Assembly: GCF_963921235.1 (NCBI RefSeq) | Contig: NC_086108.1 | Span: 2,604,001-2,668,000, forward strand | Length of the DNA stretch: 64,000 nt | Reading direction: 5' to 3' | From: Mobula hypostoma | Taxonomy: Eukaryota | In this document: piece after piece, positions 11,700 to 23,559 of the stretch | Layout of the letters: each line of letters starts with the position of its first letter | How positions within the stretch are numbered: the first letter of the stretch is position 1 | Notes under the pieces: generated by a model | What the model saw: only the letters and a program-made list of their open reading frames with translations | Databases searched by the model: none | What the model was told of the DNA's origin: nothing | Program-made: the position numbers and the translations under genes

Positions 11700-14690
11700 G
11701 GAAGGTAGCTAAGGGGGTGGTGTGGCTTTGCTGGTAAAGAATAGCATCACATCAGTAGGAAAATGTGACATAAGATCAGAAGATGTTGAATCCTTGTGGG
11801 TTGAGTTAAGAAACTGCAAGGGTAAAAGGACCCTGATGGCAGTTATATACAGGCCTCCAAACAGTAGCTGGGATGTGGGCCACAGATTACAACGGGAGAT
11901 AGAAAAGGTGTGTCGAAGGGCAATGTTATGATAGTCATGAGAGAGTTCAACATGCAGGTCGATTGTGAAAATCAGGTTGGAAGTGGATCTCAAGAGTGAG
12001 TTTGTTGAATTCCTACAAGATGGCTTTTTAGAGCAGTTTGTCATTGAACCTACAAGGCGATCAGCTATACAGGATTGGGTGTTATGTGATGAACCAGAGC
12101 TGATTGGGGAGCTTAAGGTAAGGGAACCCTTAGGAGGCAGTGATCACAATATGATTGAGTTCAACTTGAAATTTGATAGGGAGAAGGTAAAGTCTGATGT
12201 AGCAGTATTTCAGTGGAGTAAAGGTAAATTATAGTAGTATGAGAGAGGAGATGGCCAAAGTAAATTTGAAGGAGATGCTGGCAAGGATGACAGCAGAGCA
12301 ACGATGGCATGAGTTTTTGGGAGGAGAAAATGAGGAAGGTGCAGGATAGGCATATTCCAAAAACGAAGAAATGAAAAAAATGACAAAATAGTACAACCGT
12401 AGCTGACAAGGGAATTCAAGCTGATGTTGAAGTAAAAGCAAAAGAGGGCATACAACAAAGCAAAAATTAGGGGGAGGATTAGAAGATTGGGAAGCTCTTT
12501 AAAATGTACAGAGACTAACGAAAAGAATCATTAGGAGGGAAAAAATGAAATGAAAGCAAGCTAGCAACCTGGTGCATCTAAAACCCTGCTAAGGTACTGG
12601 TGACCCCTGTTTCCATCCAGGGGGTCAATGTGGACATGGTGGAGGATTACAAATACCTGGGGATATGAATTGACAATAAACTGGACTGGTCAAAGAACAC
12701 TGAGGCTGTCTACAAGAAGGGTCAGAGCCATCTCTATTTCCTGAGGAGACTGAGGTCCTTTAACATCTGCCGGACGATGCTGAGGATGTTCTATGAGTCT
12801 GTGGTGGCCAGTGCTATCATGTTTGCTGTTGTGTGCTGGGGCAGCAGGCTGAGGGTAGCAGACACCAACAGAATCAACAAACTCATTCGTAAGGCCAGTA
12901 ATGTTGTGGGGATGGAACTGGACTCTCTGACGGTGGTGTCTGAAAAGAGGATGCTGTCCAAGTTGCATGCCATCTTGGACAATGTCTCCCATCCACTACA
13001 TAATGTACTGGGTGGGCACAGGAGTACATTCAGCCAGAGACTCATTCCACCGAGATGCAACACAGAGCGTCATAGGAAGTCATTCCTGCCTGTGGCCATC
13101 AAACTTTACAACTCCTCCCTTGGAGGGTCAGACACCCTGAGCCAATAGGCTGGTCCTGGACTTATTTCATAATTTACTGGCATAAGTTACATATTACTAT
13201 TTAACTATTTATGGTTCTATTACTATTTCTTATTTATGGTGCAACTGTAACGAAAACCAATTTCCCCCGGGATCAATAAAGTATGACTATGACTATAACT
13301 ATCACAAACAATATCAAAATGGATAGTAAAAGCTTTTTCAAGTATATTTAAAAAAAAAATAAGATGAGTGGTTATAGAATCACTGGAAGATGAGACCGAA
13401 GAAATAATAATGGGGGGGGGGGGGGAAGGTAAGACAAGGAGATAGCAGATAAACTAAATGTGTACTTTGCATCAGTCTTCACAGTGGAAGACACTAGCAG
13501 TGTGTCAAATGTTGAAGGGTGTGAGGGAAAAGAAGTGAGTGCAGTTACTATTACCGGAGGAAGGTACTCAAAAAGCTAAAAGACCTAAGGGTACATAAGT
13601 CACCAGGACCAGATGAACTGCACCCTAGGGTTCTGAAAGAGGTAGCAATAGAGATTGTGGAGACATTAGTACTGATCTTTCAAAATCATTGGACTCCAGC
13701 ATGGTGCCAGAGGACTGGAAAATTGCAAATGTCACAACACTTAAGAAAGGAGGAAGGCAGCAGAAAGGAAATTGTAGACCGGTTAGCCTGACCTCAGTGA
13801 AGATGTTGCAGTCAATTGTTGAGGATGAGGTTATGGAGTACTTGGTGACACAGGGTAAGATAGGATAAAGTCAGCATGGTTTCTTCAAGGGAAAATCTTG
13901 CCTGATGAACTGTTGGAGTTCTTTTAGGGAGATTACAAGTAGAATGGATAAAGGGGATGCAGTGGATCTTGTATATTTGGACTTTCAGAAGGCCTTTGAC
14001 AAGGTGCTACACATGAGGCTGCCTACCAAGTTGAGAGCCCATGGTATTACAGGAAAGTTACTGGCATGGTTAGACCATTGTCTGATTGGTAGGAGGCAGC
14101 GAGTGGGAATAAAAGGATCCTTTTCTGGTTGGCTGCCAGTGACTAGTGGTGTACTGCAGAGGTCTATGTTGGGACCACTTCCTTTTGTGATGCATATCAA
14201 TAATTTCAATGATGGAATAGATGGCTTTGTCGCCAAGTTTGCAGATGATGTGAAGATTGGTGGAGGGATAGGTAGTATTGAGGAAACGGGTAGGCAGCAG
14301 AAGGATATAGACAGATTAGGAGAAAGGGCAAGAAAGTGGCAAATGAAATACAATGCTGGAAAACGCATGGTCATTCACTTTGGTAGTTGAAATAAATGTG
14401 CGAACTATTTTCTAAACCAGGAGAAAATCCAAAAATCCGAGATGCAAAGTGCAAAGGGACTTGGGTATCTTATGCAGAACACCCTAAAGGTTAACTTGCA
14501 GGTAGAGTTGGTGAGGAAGGCAAATGCAATGTTAGCATTCATTTCAAGAGGTCTAGAATACAGAGCAGGGATGTGGCACTGGTGAGGCCTCACCTTAAAT
14601 ACTGTGAAGAGCTTTCGGCCCTTCATCAAAGAAAAGATGTGCTGGCATTGGAGAGGGTTCAGAGGAGGTTCACAAGGATGATTCCGGGAA
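11700..14690 (+). mobile_element. CR1 LINE ORF2 remnant interrupted by a Rex1 insertion
   Basis: ORFs with VESLWVEL, IYRPP, GGSDHN, YLDFQKAFDKV and KFADDVKIGG. Confidence 0.9.
12570..13300 (+). mobile_element. Rex1/Babar-type LINE 3' part (young)
   Basis: ORF 12777-13148 (FYESVVASAIMFAVVCWG...RCNTERHRKSFLPVAIKLYN). aataaa followed by a (tatgac)n tail. Confidence 0.85.
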
Positions 14691-15275
14691 TAGCTGAGGA
14701 ATACCGGTTGGGGACCGGCAGATGGCAGGAAGTGAGGTGGGGGTGGAAATTCACAGGGACCTTAAGTTTTGGATAGGGTAACAGTGCTTAAATTGTTCAT
14801 CAGCAAAACTGAGTGGGTGAGTTCCATTCCCAATATAGCTGCTGAATAATTTCTGTTCTAATTGTATCTAGAACTTAAAACACGACATTTCTCAGTGATA
14901 ACACAACAAAGTTATTGATTTATTTTATTTTAAACCGGTCACTGTCCGGGCTGGGCTATGTTATTCTAGCCCGAGTAATTGGAATGACTCCCAACTGTTC
15001 AGTCTGGGAACAGATGAGGATGCAGAGTGATTGCCAGCAAATGTCAATACTGAAAGAATGAGTATTTGTAGTTTTGAAATCTTCAAAGACTGGAGTTTTT
15101 GATCCCACCTATCAGAATGTCAAGTCTTTAGTAGATGGTGGAGTGTAACTGTGGCCTAGGCCACATCGAGGCAGGTACTGTTCGTGGGAGTGTGTAAACT
15201 GCAACAGTCTGTAGCTGGGGTGGGGTTCGAACCTGAGTCGCTGGCACTGTGAGGCAGATACTCGCCCCTCCATCC

Positions 15276-15355
15276 CAGTGGTTTTCAACCTGGGGTCCAG
15301 GGTCCCCTTGCTTAATGGTATTGGTCCATGGTGTAAAGAAGGTGGGAACTCTCTG
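15276..15355. mobile_element. About 80-bp hAT-type MITE (copies at 599-650 partial, 23258-23335, 27321-27400)
   Basis: caggggttcccaacc-type TIRs, shared core ttaatggtattggtccatgg, imperfect 8-bp flanks resembling ntctagan. Confidence 0.75.
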
Positions 15356-15425
15356 CTCTAACCAGTGTTCAAGTCTCTGGGTGGGACTTGAATACACGCC
15401 TCCAGACTGCGGTAAGAATACCAGA

Positions 15426-16676
15426 ACAACAGGAATTCTGCAGATGCTGGAATTTCAAGCAACACACATAAAAGTTGCTGGTGAACGCAGCAGGCCAGGC
15501 AGCATCTCTAGGAAGAGGTACAGTCGACGTTTCAGGCCGAGACCCTTCGTCAGGACTAACTGAAGGAAGAGTGAGTAAGAGATTTGAAAGTTGGAGCGGG
15601 AGGGGGAGATCCAAAATGATAGGAGAAGACAGGAGGGGGAGGGATGAAGCCAAGAGCTGGACAGGTGATTGGCAAAAGGGGATACGAGAGGATCGTGGGA
15701 CAGGAGGTCTGGGAAGAAAGACGGGGGGGGGAAACGACCCAGAGGATGGGCAAGGGGTATATTCAGAGGGACAGAGGGAGAAAAAGGAGAGTGAGAGAAA
15801 GAATGTGTGTATAAAAATAAGTAACAGATGGGGTACAAGGGGGAGGTGAGACATTAGTGGAAGTTAGAGAAGTCGATGTTCATGCCATCAGGTTGGAGGC
15901 TACCCAGACGGAATATAAGGTGTTGTTCCTCCAACCTGAGTGTGGCTTCATCTTTACAGTAGAGGAGGCCGTGGACAGACATGTCAGAATGGGAATGGGA
16001 TGTGGAATTAAATTGTGTGGCCACTGGGAGTTTTCTGGGGGTGTCAGTGGAGAGGGGATGGTTGGAGTAAGAGGAAGATGGAGCCTCTGAGGGCCCAGGA
16101 GCTGACGGTGGGATCTGAGGGAGACGGTTTTCTGGGGGTCCCATTCCCATTCTGACATGTCTGTCCACGGCCTCCTCTACTGTAAAGATGAAGCCACACT
16201 CAGGTTGGAGGAACAACACCTTATATTCCGTCTGGGTAGCCTCCAACCTGATGGCATGAACATCGACTTCTCTAACTTCCGCTAATGCCCCACCTCCCCC
16301 TCGTACCCCATCTGTTACTTACTTTTATACACACATTCTTTCTCTCACTCTCCTTTTTCTCCCTCTGTCCCTCTGAATATACCTCTTGCCCATCTTCTGG
16401 GTCCCCCCCCCCCTTGTCTTTCTTCCCAGACCTCCTGTCCCATGATCCTCTCGTATCCCTTTTGCCAATCACCTGTCCAGCTCTTAGCTCCATCCCTCCC
16501 CCTCCTGTCTTCTCCTATCATTTTGGATCTCCCCCTCCCCCTCCCGCTTTCAAATCCCTTACTCACTCTTCCTTCAGCTAGTCCTGACAAAGGGTCTTGG
16601 CTGAAACGTCGACTGTACCTCTTCCTAGAGATGCTGCCTGGCCTGCTGCGTTCACCAGCAACTTTGATGTGTGTTG
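15426..16676. mobile_element. Penelope-like element with inverted arms (15460-16000 and 16139-16676) and 13-14 bp TSD
   Basis: GIY-YIG C-terminal peptide LPVATQFNSTSHSHSDMSVHGLLYC..EATLRLEEQHLIFRLGSLQPDGMN. TSD (g)taagaataccaga at 15412-15425 and 16676-16689. Confidence 0.92.
15522..15557 (-). ncRNA. Minimal type I hammerhead ribozyme in the Penelope terminal repeat
   Basis: Minus strand agtc-CTGACGA-agg gtctcgg cct-GAAA-cGTC-gact. Conserved core, stem I agtc/gact, stem II agg/cct, palindromic stem III, GUC cleavage triplet. Confidence 0.8.
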
Positions 16677-16819
16677 TAAGAATACCAGAGCTCATTTCAA
16701 ATGGCTCCGGGAACTTATGGGAACTTAAACTTTGGGATAGGTTAATGAGCTTTGTAGCTTCATTGGCCTTCGGTTAAGCGAGTGGTATAATGCAGTTTTT
16801 TTTTCTTCCTTTTTTTTAG

Positions 16820-16844
16820 GAAGAGAGGAATTGAAGTCATCCAG
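16820..16844 (+). CDS. ITPK1: ITPK1-like internal coding microexon, 25 nt, (R)KRGIEVIQ
   Basis: Long polypyrimidine tract ending tttttttag, then G AAG AGA GGA ATT GAA GTC ATC CAG and donor gtgagt. Matches the recalled vertebrate ITPK1 KRGMEVVQ microexon. Ends in phase 0, compatible with exon 47301. Confidence 0.88.
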
Positions 16845-16913
16845 GTGAGTGAAGATTTTTCTCTTGTATCTTGTGTGCATGCAGAGTTTAGTTACTACCT
16901 GTTACACTGCTGT

Positions 16914-17295
16914 CTAGGGCAGCGATGAAGATCCTCCATCTCTGGTGGTGTTCAGGGCTTCCTTCATCATGTCAGTAGCTTCCTCTCGGTTTTCACTACT
17001 GTCAGTCACGCAAGTCCCGGGTGGAGACTCAGGAATACCGTCACACTCAGATGTAAAAGGATTCTTCATTGCTGTTTCTGTAACAGTTTTGTTTAACCAG
17101 TCAGGGTTGTAGCCGTGAGCTGAACCCCCAGATCTTGAGGGCCGGTGGACCACTCCTAGTTTGGCCTCTACCCTTTGACCTGTTTGGCATGGGTGACCCG
17201 ACCAAGAGCCAAAGCATAAAGTCCTGACTCCAGCCAACATGGCTCTCCAGGTCATTGAGGCACACAGCTCTCCAAACCCAAAGACAAGGTTGTAG
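16914..17295 (-). mobile_element. RTE-clade (Rex3/BovB-like 5' region) non-autonomous element (copies 18120-18395 -, 18841-19230 +, 28875-29095 -)
   Basis: Sense reading acaaccttgtc...tgcctcaatgac...ggtagggtcacccatgccaaacaggtc...gtggtcc resembles the conserved RTE 5' region as I recall it. Four copies in the window. Confidence 0.65.
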
Positions 17296-20149
17296 TCCTC
17301 TTTGGAGGGTGTGCATGCATACTTGCAAACAATCTGTCTACACTCGTGGTGGATATCATTTAGCACCTTTTCCTCTCTCTACTGCAACAGCCAGGATCTC
17401 CTGTTGGCCACCCACTTCAATTCAACTTCCTATTCCCACATCGACAAGTCTGTCCACGGCCTCTACTGCCACGCAGGTTGGAGCAAAACTTAACTCCATC
17501 TGGGTATCGTAGAGTCATAGACAAGTGCAGCAGAGAAAGAAGCCCTTCGGCCAGTCTAGTCCATGCCAAACCGTTTAATCTCCCAGTGACCTGCACTGGG
17601 ACCACACCCTCCATACCCCTACTATCCATGTACCTGTCCAACTCTCTCTTAAATGTTGAGGTTGAGCTCGCATGCCCCACTTTTGCTGGCAGCTGATTCC
17701 ACACTCTCACCACCCTGAGTGAAAAAGTTTCCCTCGCGTTTCTCGTAAACTTTTCACCTTTCACCCTTAACCCATGACCTCTGGTTGTAGTCCTATCTAA
17801 CCTCAGTGGGGGGGAAAGCCCGCTTTTACCAACCTGGTGGAATATACATCTATTTCTCTAATTTCCTGTAATCACTTGCCTTTTCTTTCTTCCCCCTCTT
17901 TATTGTACCCTCCTCCCGTTCTGATGGCCCTCTCCTACCGAGTATCTCCCTGTGCTTTCCTCAGGTCCTTCCCTTTCTATTCCATGCTCTTGCTCTCTGA
18001 TCAGATTCCTTACTTGCTGCACATTTCTCCTTTGGAGTCTAGGGCCATGAAGGTTCCCCACCTTTGTCCTTGGCCACCAAAACCAATTTTGGTCTTGGTG
18101 CTGTTCGGGGCTCCCTCACAGTTTTCACTACCACCAGCTGGCTGCAGACTCAGGAATACCATCGCACTCGGATGCAGAAGGATTCTTCATTGCAGCTTTG
18201 TTTGACCAGTCACGGTTAGCCCTGAGCTCAACCCCTGAATTTGGAGGACCGGTGGACCACTCTTAGTCTGGCCTCTGCCCTTTGACTCTTGGTAGGGTCA
18301 CCCATGCCAAACTGGTCAAAGCACAAAGCCCTGACTCCAGCCAACTTGGCTCTTCAGGTCACTGAGGCACGCAAGCCTCCAAACCAAACAACAAAGATCT
18401 CTTGGCAGATAGGATTCCTTCAGTCCTTTATCTCTTCCACCTATCCCCTCCCAACGTCTCACTTCATTCTCCCCTCTCAACTGGTCTCTCTAATGACCTG
18501 CCAGCTTGTACTCTTCCCCTCTCGCAACCTTTTTCTGGCTTCCGCCCCCTTTCTTTCCAGTCTTGATGAAGGGTCTCCTGCCAAAGCTGTTCATTTCTCT
18601 CCATAGATGCTGCCTGACTTGCTGAATTAATCCAGCATGTGTGTGCAATCTCGTGTGCGCTGAAATGAATGTATCCAGGTAGCTCTTGGTGACCAACCTG
18701 CTCCCGTAGATTTCACTTTGCTGCCCATCACTGTGTAGAATTAGGAGTGAGTGGAATATCCTCTTGTTGTCCGAGTTCAGATCCCATCCTGTACATTAAA
18801 TTGGACCTGAACTTCAATTGAACTTGAGCAGAACAAAGAATCACAACCTTGTCATTGGGCGTGCCTCAATGACGCTGAGAGCTATGGTGGCTGGTGTCAG
18901 GTCTTTATGCTTTGGCTCTTGGTAGGGTCACCCATGCCAAACAGGTCAAAGGGTAGAGGTCAGACTAAGAGTGGTCCATCAGTCCTCCAGGTTCGAGGGC
19001 TCAGCTCAGGGCCAACAGCCCTGATTGGTCAAACAATCAGACAATTGGTCAAACTGTTACGGAAACAACAATGAAGAACCCTTCTACATCTGAGTGTGAC
19101 GGTATTCCTGAGTCTCCACCCGGGATTGGGTGACTGACAGTAGTGAAAACTGAGGGGAAGCTACTGACATGATGAAGGAAGCTCTGAACACCACCAGAGA
19201 TGGAGGACCTTCATCGCTGTTCTAAATGCCAGCGAAGTGGAGAGAACAAAAATGGAGATTGTGTCTTTAACCTTAAGAAGACTTAAGGTGAGGATTAGCT
19301 CTGTTTGTCATGTGTACCTGTGTCAATAACCAACACAGTCTGAGGACGTGCTGGGGGCAGCCTGCAAGTATCGCCGTGCTTCTGATGTTGACATAGCCTG
19401 CGCACAGCTTGCTGACCCCACCCAGAATGCCTTTGGAACATGGAGCACCCAGAGGAAACGCGCGTCGTCACGGGAGAACGTGCAAACTCCTTGGAGACAG
19501 TGGCAGGAGTTAAACCCTAACCGTCCAGCTGTGCTGCCCTTGCATGCAACGTTGAAGGAATACTGTCGCACAGGTACATTGGGTTACTGGACATTGGCCG
19601 TTCTACCCGTCAGAACCATGAGCTTTTAGAGGAGCTTCCCTTCCCCATCGTTATTTCACTCTCCCTCAGGGACGTGTTCTCTCGCTTGTCCACAACTTCT
19701 ATAATTTCACCTCTTGCCCACACGAATGAGTAAGTAGCAGTGGCCCATTAACCTTCCTGCACGCCTTCAGGAGGTGGGAAGAAACCGGAGCACCCAGGGG
19801 AATGCAGAAACTCCACACCTCTTTAGGTCAAGGTTGAACCGGTGTAGCGGAAGCTCTCCTGTTGTCGTGACAAGGAAGGATAAGGTTTTGAGTTGGACAT
19901 CTTTTACCAGCTACTGCTGAAACACCACCAGCTTCACTCCTGGTCAGTTATAAAGCACCACAGCACAGAGATGGGCTCGTCACTTTGTTTAGTCAGCACC
20001 AAAGTCAAGTTTGAGGTCAGTAAACAAGTTGCCTCAGAATGGAGGCGATGAGCTGCTTCACCAGAGGTGCTACCTTACCTGGACAGCCCATAAACCCCAT
20101 AGATTCCTCCAAACACCTTAAAATGATGCCCCCCTTGTATTCAGTATTT

Positions 20150-21028
20150 ATAGTCATAGTCATACTTTATTGATCCCGAGGGAAATTGATTTTCATTACA
20201 GTTGCCCCAACCAAGAACAGAGTATAAATATATCAATATAAAACCATAAATAGTTAAACAGTAATATGTAAGTTATGCCAGTAAATTATAAAATAAGTCC
20301 AGGACCGGCCTATTGGCTCAGGGTGTCTGACCCTCCAAGGGAGGAGTTGTAAAGTTTGATGGCCACAGGCAGGAATGACTTCCTATGACGCTCAGTGTTG
20401 CATCTCGGTGGAATGAGTCTCTGGCTGAATGTACTCCTGTGCCCACCCAGTACCTTATGTAGTGGATGGGAGACATTGTCCAAGATGGCATGCAACTTAG
20501 ACAGCATCCTCTTTTCAGACACCACCGTCAGAGTCCAGTTCCATCCCCACAACATCACTGGCCTTACGAATGAGTTTGTTGGTTCTGTTGGTGTCTGCTA
20601 CCCTCAGCCTGCTGCCCCAGCACACAACAGCAAACATGATGGTACTGGTCACCACAGACTCGTAGAACTTCCTCAGCATCGTCCAGCAGATGTCAAAGGA
20701 CCTCAGTCTCCTCAGGAAATAGAGACGGCTCTGACCCTTCTTGTAGACAGCCTCAGTGTTCTTTGACCAGTCTAGTTTATTGTCAATTCGTATCCCCAGG
20801 TATTTGTAATCCTCCACCATGTCCACACTGACCCCCTGGATGGAAACAGGGGTCACCGGTACCTTAGCTGTCCTCAGGTCTACCACCAGCTCCTTAGTCT
20901 TTTTCACATTAAGCTGCAGATAATTCTGCTCACACCGTGTGACAAAGTTTCCTACCGTAGCCCTGTACTCAGCCTCATCTCCCTTGCTGATGCATCCAAC
21001 TATGGCAGAGTCATCAGAAAATTTCACC
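20150..21028 (-). mobile_element. Rex1/Babar-type LINE 3' part (young)
   Basis: ORF 20515-21060 KFSDDSAIVGCI...LNVKKTKELVVD...YKYLG. Near identical to 12588-13290 in opposite orientation. Confidence 0.88.
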
Positions 21029-21689
21029 CAGGGGAAAAAGTCTGTGGCTGTCCGCTTCATCTATGCCTCCTATCATCTTGTACACCTCTATCAAGTCACT
21101 TCTGTTTGGTAGAAAGCCCCGAGTAAGAATGCTGAAGTGAAGGGTGTACGGTGAGTAACTATGGGCCCATTTCCTCTGACAACGGTTTTAAAAACCAGAG
21201 TTGAGGGAATTGGTAGACAGAGTAGAGAGATGAGGAACAATTGTATTTTTATCCAGAAGTTGGTTATTTCTGGAACGTGCTTCATGAGGGAATGGTAGAG
21301 TCAAAACTGTGTAGATTTAACCATTTCAGATGAGATTTCACGTCTCTCCTCTCTTTCAGCATTCCCACAGAACTATTCCCTATGCAACTCTCTCTCATTC
21401 CCCTTCTCGGCCCACCTGTGTAAACACGAGAGATTCATTCCCTGTCCACCCGTTCTGGGGTCCCAAACAGTTCTGGTGAGGCAATGGCGCATCGACACAG
21501 GGGTTGATCAGAAGTCTGGAAGAGAGCAATGACTGATGGCCCTGGCTCAGTGAGTTTGAAGTCCACTGGGGAAGTCGGAGGCCCAGTGGCTTGTCCTGGG
21601 GTTACAAGACTCGGTGGGAAGGAGGAAGGGGCTTGTGTTCTTTGTTGTTCTGCTGAATGTTTGTGGCTATGCTATATTCAGCACAAGAT

Positions 21690-22185
21690 GTTGGTGAGCC
21701 AGATTTGGAGTACAGTTTTGGTCAGGTGACCTATAGGAAAGATGTGAATAGTGTTCATAAATACAGAAAATTTACAAGGATGTTGCAGGGTCTGGAAGAC
21801 CTGAGTTATAAGGAAAAATTGAATCGGTTAGGATTTTATTCCTTGGAATATAGAAGATTGAGGGGAGGTTTGATGGGGGTATACAAAATTGAGGGGTATA
21901 GATAGGGTAAATGCAAGCAGGCTTTTTCCACTGGGGTGGGGTTGAATACCAGAGGTTAAGAGTGAAAGGTGAAAAGTTTAAGGGAAATATGAGAGGAAGC
22001 TTCTTCACTCAGAGGGTGGTGAGAATGTGGAACAAGTGGTGCATGTGAGCTTGATTTTTAACGTTTAAGGGAAGTTCGGATAGGTATGTGGCTGGCAGGG
22101 ATATGGAGGGCAGGTCGGTGGGAGTCGGCAGTTTGAATGGCTTGGCACGGACTAGATGAACTGAAAGGCTTGTTTCTGTGCCGTA
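21690..22185 (+). mobile_element. CR1 3' fragment
   Basis: KFTRMLQGLEDLSYKEKLNRLGFYSLEYRRLRG peptide and ttcttcactcagagggtggtg motif. Confidence 0.8.
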
Positions 22186-22570
22186 CCCTCGTGCCTTTGT
22201 TGGTGCCGCAATGTACGCGATACCTGCAGGCTGTCTCCAGCACCTCTTCGGGTGTTAATGAACACCACACATTTCACTATGTTTCGATGGCGTCATCATT
22301 GTCTGCTGTGTCGTATGATGTGACTATCATGGTCTTGTGACTGTGACTATTCTTGGCAAGTAGGTTTGAACGTACACATGATGATACATGCATCTGAAAC
22401 GGGGGATTGGCGGTTAGCACGGGTTCAATGGAATGTTTTGTATGGTTTAGATTGCATGGCATTGGTGTGGGTGGGAGAGAGTCTCTCCCGGGAGAATTTG
22501 CTGACTCCACACGCAGGAGGTTGCGACTGAACTCGGGTCATTGGACAGTTTATTTAAACTGAGTGGGGCA

Positions 22571-22990
22571 TTTTTTTTACAAAAGTTTATTCACACAAAA
22601 TACAAACATCAAATATTTACAAGACAGTGGAAAAAAGTCAAATTAAGATATGATTATTACTATATATAAAACTATTCCCTGAGTGGGGGGGCAAGGTTTC
22701 TGGAAATCGCGCACTGTACACATTGTGCCCACATGCTACCTCTCTAAGGAAAGCCGGGCACGGTCGTATCGCCCGAAGAGGAGCAGGCACTTGGCCCTGG
22801 CAGAGCCCTTGGTCCTGTGAATGGCCATCTTGGAATGTTGCTCGGAGTAGATCCTCCGAGCAACATGCCCCCTTCCATAATTGGTGACCATATATAAGGA
22901 GCGCAGGGCTGAAATGTAACCAAAACCCGAGGAGCAGCCCCTTCGGGGGGGGGGGGGCTGTAACTTCTCTCATTCCACACACACGGTACC
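22571..22990 (-). mobile_element. Tx1/L1-like LINE 3' fragment
   Basis: Minus strand ends aataaacttttgt(a)8. Peptide FWLHFSPALLIYGH...EDLL resembles the Tx1 ORF2 C-terminus. Confidence 0.65.
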
Positions 22991-23002
22991 CTGACTCCTG
23001 GT

Positions 23003-23559
23003 CACCCAGCGGCCACTTTATTAGGTACACCTGTACACCTGCTCATTAATGCAAGTATCTGATCAGCCAATCACGTGGCAGCAACTGCATGCGTAAAAGC
23101 ATGCTGACATGGTCAAGAGGTTCAATTCTTGTTCAGAATGGAGAAGAAATGTGATCTGTGTGACTTTGACCGTGAAATGACGCTGGTGTCAGATGCTGCT
23201 TTGAGTATCTCAGAACCTGCTGACCTCCGGGGATTTTACATACAACAGTCTCTAGAGCCCGGGGTTCCCAGCCTGCAGTTAACAAAACCCTCGGCTAATG
23301 GTAGGGGCCCATGGCATAAAGCTTGGGAACCCTTGTTGCAGAGTTTGCAGAGAATAGTGTGAAAACAGAAACATCCAGTGAGTGGGAGTCCTGTGGGCTG
23401 TTCATGAGAGAGGTCAGAGGAGAAAGGCCAGGCAGGTTCAAGCTGACAAGAAGGTGACGGTAACTCAAATAACCCGGCGTTACAACAGTGGTGTGTGCTC
23501 AACATGTCAAACCTTGGGCTACAGCAGAACACCATGAACATACTAATGAACTGAGTGTA
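23003..23559 (+). mobile_element. Internally deleted Tc1-like element with hAT MITE insert
   Basis: 5' TIR cagcggccactttattaggtacac, peptide MEKKCDLCDFDREM...LSISEPADL, degenerate 3' TIR ctgagtgta. Confidence 0.8.

Noticed and set aside
1..16819. Search for the ITPK1 start-codon exon (GYWLSEKK...LNF-like peptide)
   Set aside because: No matching segment found by eye in the unique patches. It probably lies upstream of the window.
18555..18600. Additional hammerhead-like motifs (also near 42170, 48050, 51480)
   Set aside because: Core CTGANGA/GAAA nucleotides are mutated or deleted, so they are not credible active ribozymes.
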